Notes: generated by a model from the sequence alone, not told the origin. A stretch of 64,000 bases of DNA from Lama guanicoe (GCA_013239625.1 MU054122.1:150773-214772), one strand, 5' to 3'. Shown: positions 54,460 through 64,000, counted from the first letter of the stretch. Translations and numbers: made by a program.

Positions 54460-55497
54460 GTGGATCATATGGTAAATCTATTTTTAGTTTTAAAAGGAAT
54501 TTCCATACTGTTTTCCATAATGGCTGCACCAAACTGCAGTCCCACCAGCAGTGTAGGAGGGTTCCCCTTTCTCCACACCCTCTACATTTGTGGACTTTTA
54601 ATGCTGGCCATTCTGACCAGGGTGAGGTGATACCTGATTGTGGTTTTGATTTGCATTTCTCTGATGATTATCAATATTGAGCATTTTTTTCATGTGCTTA
54701 TTGTCTATTTGTATGTCTTCAAAGGAGATATGTTTGTTTAGGTCTTCTGCCCATTTTTGGATTGGTTTTTTGTTGTTGTTGTTATTCAGTTGTATGAGCT
54801 GTTTGTATATTCTGTCTGGAAATTAAGCCCTTATCAGTTGCATCATTTGCAAACATTTTCTTCCATTCTGTAGGTTGTCTTTTTGTTTTGTTTATAGTTT
54901 CCTGTGCTGTGTAAAAGCCTGTAAGTTTAATTAGGTCCCATTTGTTTAATTCACTTTTATTTCTATTGCCTGGGTAGACTGCCCTAGGAGAACACTGCTA
55001 TGATTTACATCCGAGAATGTTTTGCCTATGTTCCCTTCTAGGAGATTTCTGGTTTCTTGTCTTATGTTTAAGTCTTTAAGCCATTTTGAGTTTATTTCTG
55101 TGTTTGGTGTCAGGGAGTGTTCTAATTTCATTGATTGACATGTGGCTGTCCAGTTTTCCCAACAGACTTACCCAAGAGACTGTCTTTTCTTCATTGTATG
55201 TCCTTGCCTCCTTTGTCAAAGATTAATTGACCGTGGATGTGTGAGTTTATTTCTGGGCTCTCTAGTCTGTTCCCTTGATCCATATGTCTGTTTTTATGCC
55301 AATACCATGCTGTTTTGATTCCTGTAGCTCTGTAGTATTGTCTGAAGGCTGAGAAGGTTATGCCTCCAGCTTTGCTCTTTTCCTTCAGTATTGCTTTGTC
55401 AATTCTGGGTCTTTTGCTATTCCACAAATTTTAGAATTATTTGTTCCTGTTCTGTGAAAAATGTCCTGGGTAATTTGATAGGGATGGCATTAAATCT
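54460..55497 (-). mobile_element. L1 ORF2 C-terminal fragment (antisense)
   Basis: Minus-strand peptides [23 protein letters not shown]...[31 protein letters not shown] and KLEHSLTPNTEINSKWLKDLNIR are L1 ORF2p; frameshifted. Confidence 0.93.
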
Positions 55498-55660
55498 ACT
55501 ACATATATAAAATAAACAGCAAGGTCCTACTGTATAGCACAGGCAAGTACAGCCTATAATGAAAAAGGATATGAAAAGGAATATATATGTACAATTGAAT
55601 CACTGTGCTATACAACAGAAACTACCACAACATTGTAAATCAGTATATTTCAGTTAAAAA
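55498..55660 (+). mobile_element. L1 3' tail (sense), abutting the antisense ORF2 fragment
   Basis: aaacagcaaggtcctactgtatagcacagg...gaatcactgtgctatacaacagaaactaccacaacattgtaaatcag...aaaaaaa. Confidence 0.85.
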
Positions 55661-56346
55661 AATCAAAATTAAATGGAATGGTATCACACCCGCTGACTAA
55701 TACCCACATATATTTTATAAAATATTTATCTAGTGTTGACAGATTGAGATCATCAAAGTCACTAGAGCGTTTTGGGACATTCATAGGTGGTGAAACCAGA
55801 AGCAAAATGAAGAACCTTTTGTGGTCATTCCAAAAATCTTTTACAAAAAGAAAATCTTCTGAGAGATCGTTTATGTTGCATAACAATTTCTTTCTACAGT
55901 TTAATCTCTGTAACTACAAAAAAAATACTAGTAAAGACAGTTCGTAAGGAAAAAAAAAAGTCGGGTGTGGTTTTACAGGGGGAGGGGGAAACCAAGAAGA
56001 GACCGGAGGGAAGGGTGGGACCTAACTTTGCAAGAAAAACCTCCCCAGAGTAGGTTCCTGGTGCGCGAGATGTTTCGCGGTTAGCAAGAAACCTCTGCAG
56101 AAGTTTCTCGCTTAAGGAGAAGTCCGCACGTTGGAGCAAAACCAGGCTTTGGCGAGTTCTTAAGAACTTAGGGGCGCTCCAAGTCTCCACGCAGGCGAAC
56201 TGCACACAGGAAAGAGGAGGCCCAGTTCGAAGTTGGGGGGAACTTAGAACAGCGCGCGCGGAGCCGGGGAGACTTGAGTCAATCTCGTCTAACGGTTTCC
56301 CTGAACCGCTAGGAGCCCTCAAGCCCGGTGGGACAGCAGGGCTCAC

Positions 56347-56367
56347 TGACTCACTGCCAGTGACTCA
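56347..56367. promoter_or_regulatory. Tandem AP-1 enhancer of VIM
   Basis: TGACTCA-ctgccag-TGACTCA about 720 nt upstream of TATA, the position of the known tandem AP-1 element; a third site TGAGTCA at 56275-56281. Confidence 0.85.
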
Positions 56368-56868
56368 GCGACCCCACCCCTCTCCCCCGGGCTTTCCTCG
56401 GCCGCCGTCTCGCAGCTCGCGCCGTCCAAAGCCGGACCCAGCCCGTTAGGTCCCTGAACAGGGATCCCAAAGACCAGAGGACGAAGAGAGCTGCAGACCT
56501 ATCGGTCTCCCTTTCGAAATGGGAGATACACAAGGCTGCGCGGGGCCCGAGCCCTTTGTCCTGGGCTGTGCGCGCCCCCACCCCACGCTCCAATCTCAGG
56601 CCCTCTTTGTTTCTTTCTCCACGCCTTCCGATCTGCTGGATCCCGCACTCCCCCTCTTCCTGCCCCTTTGCCCGGGGGTCTACCCACCCCACTCCCAGCC
56701 GCCTGTAGCCAAGTTGCCGCGCGCCCCTCCCACCCGCTCGCCTTCCCCCACGCCTCTTTGGCGCGGTGCCCGGGACCCCTCTTGTCTGGTCTGGGGTTGG
56801 CTCTCCCACCACCTAGTGACCCCGCCTTTTTCAGCAGCCAGGGGTGAGCAGAGCTCCGGCCATCATCA

Positions 56869-56878
56869 GGAAAGCCCC
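56869..56878 (-). promoter_or_regulatory. NF-kB site of the VIM promoter
   Basis: GGAAAGCCCC (= GGGGCTTTCC on the minus strand) about 200 nt upstream of TATA, matching the known vimentin kB element. Confidence 0.8.
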
Positions 56879-56959
56879 TGAAAACCCCAATCCAGCAAAG
56901 AAGTAACGGGACGGTGCCCAGTCTGGGTTGCTGAAGATGGGGGAGGCGGAAGGCCCCAG

Positions 56960-57085
56960 GGCTCCCCCGCCCCAAACCCCCGGCTCAGCCTTCCTGCACC
57001 TCGCCGGGTCCCCATTGGCTGGCGCACTCCGCCGCCGGGATGGCAGTGGGAGGAAACCTGCTTTCCAAGGGGGGTATAAAAACTG
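56960..57085 (+). promoter_or_regulatory. VIM core promoter: GC box, inverted CCAAT, TATA
   Basis: CCCGCCCC at 56966-56973, ATTGG at 57014-57018, TATAAAA at 57075-57081, about 170 nt upstream of the ATG. Confidence 0.9.
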
Positions 57086-57251
57086 CGCCCTCGGCGGGGT
57101 CTGGTCCTCTGCCACTCTCGCTCCGGGGTCCCCGCGCCAGACACGCAGCAGCACTCCCTTCGCCCATACTCACCGCACCCTTGCTCGCCTCTCCTCCCGG
57201 AGCCGGTCCGCGCCAACGCAGCCGCCCAGACCACCGCCACCCTCTGCAGCT

Positions 57252-57814
57252 ATGTCCACCAGGTCCGTGTCCTCGTCTTCTTACCGCAGGATGTTCGGCG
57301 GCCCGGGCACAGCGAGCCGGCCGAGCTCCAGCCGGAGCTACGTGACCACGTCCACCCGCACCTATAGCCTGGGCAGCGCGCTGCGCCCCAGCACCAGCCG
57401 CACCCTCTACACCTCGTCCCCGGGAAGCGTGTATGCCACGCGCTCCTCGGCCGTGCGCCTGCGGAGCAGTGTGCCCGGGGTGCGGCTGCTGCAGGACTCG
57501 GTGGACTTCTCGCTGGCCGACGCCATCAACACCGAGTTCAAGAACACCCGCACCAACGAGAAGGTGGAGCTGCAAGAGTTGAATGACCGCTTTGCCAACT
57601 ACATCGATAAGGTGCGCTTCCTGGAGCAGCAGAACAAGATCCTGCTGGCCGAGCTCGAGCAGCTCAAAGGCCAGGGCAAGTCGCGCCTGGGGGACCTCTA
57701 CGAAGAGGAGATGCGCGAGCTGCGCCGGCAGGTGGATCAGCTCACCAACGACAAGGCCCGCGTCGAGGTGGAGCGCGACAACCTGGCCGAGGACATCATG
57801 CGGCTCCGGGAGAA
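57252..57814 (+). CDS. VIM: Vimentin first coding exon (head, coil 1A, start of coil 1B)
   Basis: 563 nt; [17 protein letters not shown]...[19 protein letters not shown]...IMRLRE(K); donor gtaagg. Confidence 0.99.
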
Positions 57815-58427
57815 GTAAGGCGGCGCCCACGCGCGGCTCTGGGAGGGAAAGAGGGGAACGGGGAGCTGCCACGCCCTTGGGGAGGTAGCCGCGGCAGCCG
57901 CTGCCTGGGGGACTGCGGGGAGACAAGGCTGTGGCTGCAGCGGCGCAGCCTCGCCCTGAGCCCAGACCTTGCAAGTTAGCATTTCACCTTCACCCCCACT
58001 CATCACCCAAGAACTCCCCGTTTCAAGTTGCACATTTTTAAAAACAACCACTGTACTCGAAAGCCCTTGCAAACGACGAATGCGGTTTCCCCAAACTTCT
58101 GCAAAGTTTCTTGACCTCCCTCTAGCGGGCTGCCAGCCCCAAGGCCGTGGAGGGAGCCAGACAAAGGGATTGCGGAGTCTCCCCCGAGAGGGGCGGGGTG
58201 GCGATCCCCTCGCTGGTCTTTGTGGCGACCGTGATTGCTTTTCCCCGCTGCTGCCAAGGTCCCGCTAAAACTAGCCGAAAGCAGCGCTTCTAAAAGCCGC
58301 GGTCGTTGGCCGCCCGGGGAGGTGGCGCAGCAACTCTTGTCTAGCGGCGAGGACGTGGTGGTTGGGTGTGGTCGCCCCGCCCCTGGCGGTTTAGCGATTC
58401 TCACTTAGTTAATATCTGACTTTCTAG

Positions 58428-58488
58428 ATTGCAGGAGGAGATGGTCCAGAGGGAGGAGGCCGAGAGCACCTTGCAGTCTTTCAGACAG
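58428..58488 (+). CDS. VIM: Vimentin coding exon 2
   Basis: 61 nt, ag/gtatgt; (K)LQEEMVQREEAESTLQSFRQ. Confidence 0.97.
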
Positions 58489-60663
58489 GTATGTAGATTC
58501 TGGTCCCACTCGAAGCCACCGGACCCCACCCACCCAAACCAAAAGCAATTCTAAAAGTTACTTAATCCAAGTCTGAACAGTGCAAAACTTCACGTCTGCG
58601 CGCCAAGCCCCGTAGTGGCAGAAAGTCCACAGTTTGGAGCTTCTCCGCATAAAACCCTTGAATAATTAAAGCGTTCCTTAGGATACAAAGTCTTAAACTT
58701 TGTCCTTTATTTCAAGATTTTTTTTCCCCGAGAAATCTTTTTTTTTTTTCGTTTTGTCTTTGCAACACGTCGATACTCCGACTTCGAACTATTAGTTTGG
58801 TTTAGTTTGCGGTTTTGCTAAAGTCAAGTTGGCTAACTTTTACAAGGCCACAAAAAGCGCAATTCTGCCCTATAGTTGAAAATGTAAAATGTATTGGAGG
58901 ATAAGAAACTCAGTTTAATTGGACTTAAGCCAGCGAGTTTCTTTTCTTCGCCAAGTTCTATTGTGGCCTTAAGATTAGATGGAAGTATGTCTATGCACAA
59001 CTACTTTGTGACCTAATAAGGGCGGATAGGAGCCATCTGTCCCCTTGGCTGAAAGGTATTAATGGTTTCTACGGGCTTCACGACGGAATGTAGATACAGA
59101 CATTCTGGCAAGTGTGATGGCTCCGGACAGAAATAATAGGAGTCTTTGTGCTCCCAGAGAAGCTTCGCAACAGGCTACATTCTTATTGCATATGTAATGA
59201 TGCAAGCACACTTCTAATTGGACACAAGTATTTGCTAACATCCGTTATCTATTATCTGGCCCAGACTCGTGAAGTATGTGATATGAAAAGTTCTTAAAGC
59301 TATAGTCATACCTCACATTTGGAAATGCCTTTCTTTACTGCATCCTTGGATTCTTTAGCATTCTCTCCAGAAGGAAAGAATAAATCTGAAACAAAGAATG
59401 GCATTTTAAGTAAAAGGGGTTTTTTTTGTTTTTTTTTTTTTCCGTAGGATTTTTAACTTATAGTTGCAATGCCTATTTTCAGGAAGAGTTCCCAGCATAG
59501 TTTTTTTTTTTCCCTGAACACTTACCTGCATTGGCTTTAAAAACTCTCCCAGATTAATAACCTAGAATAACATTTTAAAACAATTTTTATTAAAGTATAG
59601 TCAGCTACAATGTATCAATTTCTACAATAACATTTTGAAGCAGAAATACATTGATCAAATTAATTTAAAAACAGCAATGTGTGCTTTCTTTTTGTCGTGG
59701 AGCATTTATGAACATCATATCTGTAATGTGTTCCACTGAGTAGTAAGTTAATATAAAATAATTTTAGTATAAATTGTCCCTCCTATTTAGGGATTAGATA
59801 AAACCTCTCCTATTCAAAGAGAATGACACATTGAACTTTTTTTCATAGAGATTAGTAAATTTTGTGTATCTTTTTTAGGGCTTAAGGACAAGCAAAAAGT
59901 AATTTTTTCCTATGCTTGATCTTTTAATTATTACCCGTACCTCATTCACGTTTCCATGAAGGTGATGGAAGTTTGTCAACATTTTAAGACTGTAAGACTA
60001 TAAACAGTACAACAAATATATTTGCTTACAAAATATGAGGTATAAAAGTCCTCATGACATTTCCTTGAGGGAAAATAAAATATTTGGGATGTAGCAGTTT
60101 ACAAATGGTGGAAACACAAAAGGAAGCAGCAAGAATTTTACAGGTAAATTACCCTCTGTGCGTTTTTACCCTTCATTCTGAAACGAACTAACTGAATTGA
60201 CACAGTGCAAACTGTCAATTGCATGGAAGTGTCAGAGGATGGACACACCCTTGTGGTGTAACATAGGGGAGTTTCCAGAGAAAAATCTGCCAGAGAAATC
60301 GAAGTAAATACACTTCAGAGTTACATTTTTTTTTCCTTACATGCCTGAACCACATTGAACTGCATATTTGCCATTGCACATCCTGGATTGCAGTATAAAT
60401 CTAGCCTTGTATCCTGAATGCCAGATAATTTGCTTTGGAGTTTAAGAATAAATCAGGAGATCTGAGTAGAGGCGGAAAAAAAGAGCTTAAGTATTATCTG
60501 TGAAATTTCTGAAGCATGAATTTCTTATTCCATGATGTTACCGCCCTCCCCCAAATCTTTAAAATGCTGTGGCTTTGATCTTCTAGATTAAAGAAAGTAA
60601 TAATAAAAAAAAACTTCATGGGTATAATGCGGACTCCATAATCATAGATTAACCACCTTAACC

Positions 60664-60729
60664 TTTTTTTAAATGGAAGGACTGGGGATTGAACCCAGGA
60701 CCTCATGCTCGACCACTGAGCTATACCTC
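60664..60729 (-). mobile_element. Internally deleted copy of the same tRNA-Ala SINE in VIM intron 2
   Basis: Reverse complement gaggtatagctcagtggtcgagcatgaggtcctgggttcaatccccagtccttccatttaaaaaaaa; lacks the anticodon-arm segment present at 43891. Confidence 0.8.
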
Positions 60730-60935
60730 TGGATTTGAAGATACTAACTATCATGTATAACAGATAAACAACAAGGTCCTACTGTATAGCACAGGGAACT
60801 ATATTCAATACTATGCAATGGCCTAAAATGACAAAATATGAAAAGAAATACATATTATATACATAAACGAATCACTATGCTGTACACCAGAAATTAACAA
60901 CATTGTAAATCCACTTTACTTCAATTAATTAATTA
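60730..60935 (+). mobile_element. L1 3' tail in VIM intron 2
   Basis: cagataaacaacaaggtcctactgtatagcacagggaactatattcaata...gctgtacaccagaaattaacaacattgtaaat. Confidence 0.85.
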
Positions 60936-61232
60936 ACTGATTAATAATTGATTGAACACAGTTGGCCACATTGGCATACACTTATTTTTAAATTGTCTGT
61001 TAACCCCCTTGAGTACAACTCAGTGGGGTCACAATTCAAAATTGTTAATGAAGAGAAGAAAGCACAGTATATTATAGTGCTGTGTGATTAATCAGCTTAT
61101 TCAAAGGTTATGAAATGTGTCAGTGGCTTCTGTATGGTAAAGAGACGAAGTGCAGATGGTTCATTTAAAATGAATAAATGGGACAAGCCAGGGACTTTAC
61201 CATCTCCTCCACGTCCTTCTCTTTTCAAACAG

Positions 61233-61328
61233 GATGTTGACAATGCTTCTCTGGCACGTCTTGACCTGGAGCGTAAAGTGGAATCCTTGCAAGAGGAGAT
61301 TGCGTTTTTGAAGAAACTCCATGAGGAG
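61233..61328 (+). CDS. VIM: Vimentin coding exon 3
   Basis: 96 nt, ag/gtaaga; [32 protein letters not shown]. Confidence 0.98.
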
Positions 61329-61415
61329 GTAAGAGGAGTCACTGTTGGGGAATGGATGTGGGTGAATCTGCTCCCATCCTTGGCATGGCTGATCTTCTGT
61401 CTTTTCTCTCTTCAG

Positions 61416-61577
61416 GAAATCCAGGAGCTGCAGGCCCAGATTCAGGAACAGCACGTCCAAATCGACGTGGACGTCTCCAAGCCTGACCTCACGGCTGCCC
61501 TGCGTGACGTCCGTCAGCAGTACGAGAGCGTGGCCGCCAAGAACCTGCAGGAGGCCGAGGAGTGGTACAAGTCCAAG
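61416..61577 (+). CDS. VIM: Vimentin coding exon 4
   Basis: 162 nt, ag/gtccga; [54 protein letters not shown]. Confidence 0.97.
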
Positions 61578-62085
61578 GTCCGAAACAAGCACACGTGGCC
61601 AGAGCAAAAGAAAAGCATTTTATTCTGCAAACGCCTACCTGTCTCTGATTCCTAAATACCTCTTAGCCCCCAAGTGTAGCTGCCTTTGCTTCCTTATTTA
61701 TTTCTTGCTGAACCCTAAGCGCTGCTCACGTGCCTTCCTTTAGAATAGCAGACTCCCTTTCTGTCACCCTCCTTCGAAGTAAACCCCAAGGCCATGCCCT
61801 TGACCTTCCCAGCTTTTAAAATGAGGGAAAGCAGAATGAATGTCTACTTGAAAATCTCAACATCAGCCTTCCACCTCATGTTCTCTGGTTTTCAAAACAG
61901 AAATTTCAACGTATTCTGGAAGATGTTGAGATCTGAACTTTGAACCTACAGTTTGGTTATCCTGTCTTATTTGTTTGTCTGTTGGCCATCTTTAAGCTTT
62001 CCCATTTGTCCAGGCCAGGTAGCACCTTAGGGGATTTGTGCACAAGACACATGGGTGACCCACGTTTCCACTTCCTCCCTGACAG

Positions 62086-62211
62086 TTTGCCGACCTCTCC
62101 GAGGCTGCTAACCGCAACAACGATGCCCTGCGCCAGGCGAAGCAGGAGTCCAATGAATATCGGAGACAGGTGCAGTCTCTGACCTGTGAAGTGGATGCGC
62201 TCAAAGGGACT
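62086..62211 (+). CDS. VIM: Vimentin coding exon 5 (contains Cys328)
   Basis: 126 nt, ag/gtgagt; [42 protein letters not shown]. Confidence 0.98.
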
Positions 62212-62576
62212 GTGAGTATCACCCCACAGGGCAAGGGGGCAGATAGCCAGCTTGGAGCCATTCAGGTGGCCAAGCTCAGGGTGTCATTAGAACACAGTTT
62301 TGTTAAAAGGAAGAAAAATTGGCATTTTAATCCCAAGAAAATGAGCTGTCAGAACAGATGCAAAAAGAACTTGGAGCTCTGAAGGTTTTAGTGTATTATT
62401 ATTATTATTGCTTTTATTAGGAAGGGACTTGGTACTTGTATTCTCTGCTGAAAATTGAAAATTGGAGCATTTCCCATTTGCTACTAGGGAAAATGATTGC
62501 CCATGGTCTGGAAGTGGTGGGTGTTGGTTTTGGTTTTCTGGGAAATAACACTGGCCACCTCTCCAATCTGCTGCAG

Positions 62577-62797
62577 AACGAATCTCTGGAACGCCAGATG
62601 CGTGAAATGGAAGAGAACTTTGCCGTGGAAGCTGCTAACTACCAAGACACTATTGGCCGCCTGCAGGATGAGATTCAGAACATGAAGGAAGAGATGGCGT
62701 GTCACCTTTGCGAATACCAAGATCTGCTGAATGTCAAGATGGCCCTTGACATCGAGATTGCCACCTACAGGAAGCTGTTGGAAGGAGAGGAGAGCAG
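62577..62797 (+). CDS. VIM: Vimentin coding exon 6 (coil 2B and helix-termination motif)
   Basis: 221 nt, ag/gtgtgg; [73 protein letters not shown](R). Confidence 0.98.
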
Positions 62798-63278
62798 GTG
62801 TGGAGCCAGGGCTAGAGCGAATGCATTCAGAGCTGCTGTCCGCTCAGTCTTATGCCCCTCGCTTTACAGATGTTATGTCACTTAATCTTCAGAACGTTTC
62901 TTCAAGGTGGCTACTTACCACTTTTGACAGATGAGGGACCTTAGCTTCAGAGAGACTGAGTTACTTATCCTAGTCAGTTAACCAATATCAGAGCTGAGAT
63001 TTGAACCCATGATTCTGGGAAAACCAACATCAACTCTGTTATACCTCCAGCCCCTTGCAGAAAATGCTTGGAGTAAAATATTTACATGTACTAATGGGTC
63101 CAGTCGTGGACTAATGCTTCTGAAGCAAGTCCCTCTCCTATAAATTACAGGAGTCAATTTTCTTATTTGACAAAAACCAGAAAAAAATACAATTTTAATA
63201 CAAATTTGTATAACTTTGTTCCTTGTTGTTCAAGTTGTTCTCCAAAACATTTTACTGTTTCTCTTCATCTTGTTACAG

Positions 63279-63322
63279 GATCTCTCTGCCTCTTCCAAAC
63301 TTTTCTTCCCTGAACCTGAGGG
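63279..63322 (+). CDS. VIM: Vimentin coding exon 7
   Basis: 44 nt, ag/gtaagc; (R)ISLPLPNFSSLNLR(E). Confidence 0.97.
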
Positions 63323-63733
63323 GTAAGCATTTGATTGTCTTTTAAGAATAATTTCAGCAGCTTGCAACCATTTTGTTTATAAAGCACCCATTTTTTTAAG
63401 TGGTACGTGAAAAATGCCATGCGAAAGAAGATGCTACAGGATATCCATAAGTTTCAAGCCCGAGTACTATCTTAAATCCTCTACTCCCAATTAAATTGCA
63501 ACTCCATGTTTCTTCCTCCGGATGGAGTGTGCACTCAAGTGGTCCATCTCGTTCTGATGCTACAGTGGTGTCAGCCCCTGAGTTTTGAAATAGGTGACAG
63601 TCTTTAGAATTACTTTGGGAATAGCGCTTTAAACAGTTGTGAACAAAAATCATAATTCTTTGGACAAAAATGTTTCTTGTCTTTTTAAAAATTTTTTCAT
63701 GTTACTTATTTTGGGTTTCTTTTCTTTATACAG

Positions 63734-63819
63734 AAACCAATCTGGATTCAATTCCACTGGTTGACACCCATTCCAAAAGGACACTTCTGATTAAGACGGT
63801 GGAAACCAGAGATGGACAG
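63734..63819 (+). CDS. VIM: Vimentin coding exon 8; final exon lies beyond the window
   Basis: 86 nt, ag/gttggt; (E)[28 protein letters not shown], including the RDG tail motif. Confidence 0.97.
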
Positions 63820-64000
63820 GTTGGTATCTTTAAATCAAAACGGGAGTAATCGCAGACAGGCCGTGATAGCCTTTTAAATCAATAAGTCTGTCTCCGATAT
63901 AGCCAGCTCATTCAGGAGGTTTCGGTTTCAGGGATGCCCCCTAAGAAGAGAATGGGCCTCTTTTTCCAGCCCTCCACAAAGCCAGCTAATTATCTGGCTG

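Larger units (their letters stand above)
56240..58400 (+). promoter_or_regulatory. VIM CpG island
   Basis: High CpG and GC content spanning the promoter, exon 1 and intron 1. Confidence 0.9.

Noticed and set aside
54946..55427. Minus-strand ORFs with real protein similarity
   Set aside because: Frameshifted L1 ORF2p fragments, not a host gene.
56985..57974. 329-aa minus-strand ORF overlapping VIM exon 1
   Set aside because: Antisense shadow of a GC3-rich coding exon in a CpG island; no recognisable domain.

Overview
This is mammalian genomic DNA, most likely camelid, judging by a tRNA-Ala-derived SINE and the style of the young L1 3' tails. It holds two divergently transcribed genes in the same order as human 10p13. 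On the minus strand are coding exons 1-6 of TRDMT1/DNMT2 (tRNA C38 methyltransferase; ATG at 30677, gene continues off the left edge). On the plus strand are coding exons 1-8 of VIM (vimentin; ATG at 57252, last exon beyond the right edge). All 14 exons were reconstructed by hand with GT-AG boundaries and continuous frame. The rest is intronic or intergenic DNA with L1, L2, MIR, MaLR/ERV LTRs, hAT MITEs and microsatellites; repeat subfamily names are from memory and approximate. I see no evidence for a wholly new gene system. The strongest anomaly is that vimentin's normally conserved coil-2B motif MARHLREY reads MACHLCEY (R378C + R381C), creating a CxxC motif in a protein that normally has one cysteine. 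Other points of interest are two local templated duplications in TRDMT1 intron 1, a solo LTR pointing at the TRDMT1 promoter, a run of AP-1 sites upstream of VIM, an in-frame upstream ATG, and an in-frame stop-free hydrophobic intron in VIM.
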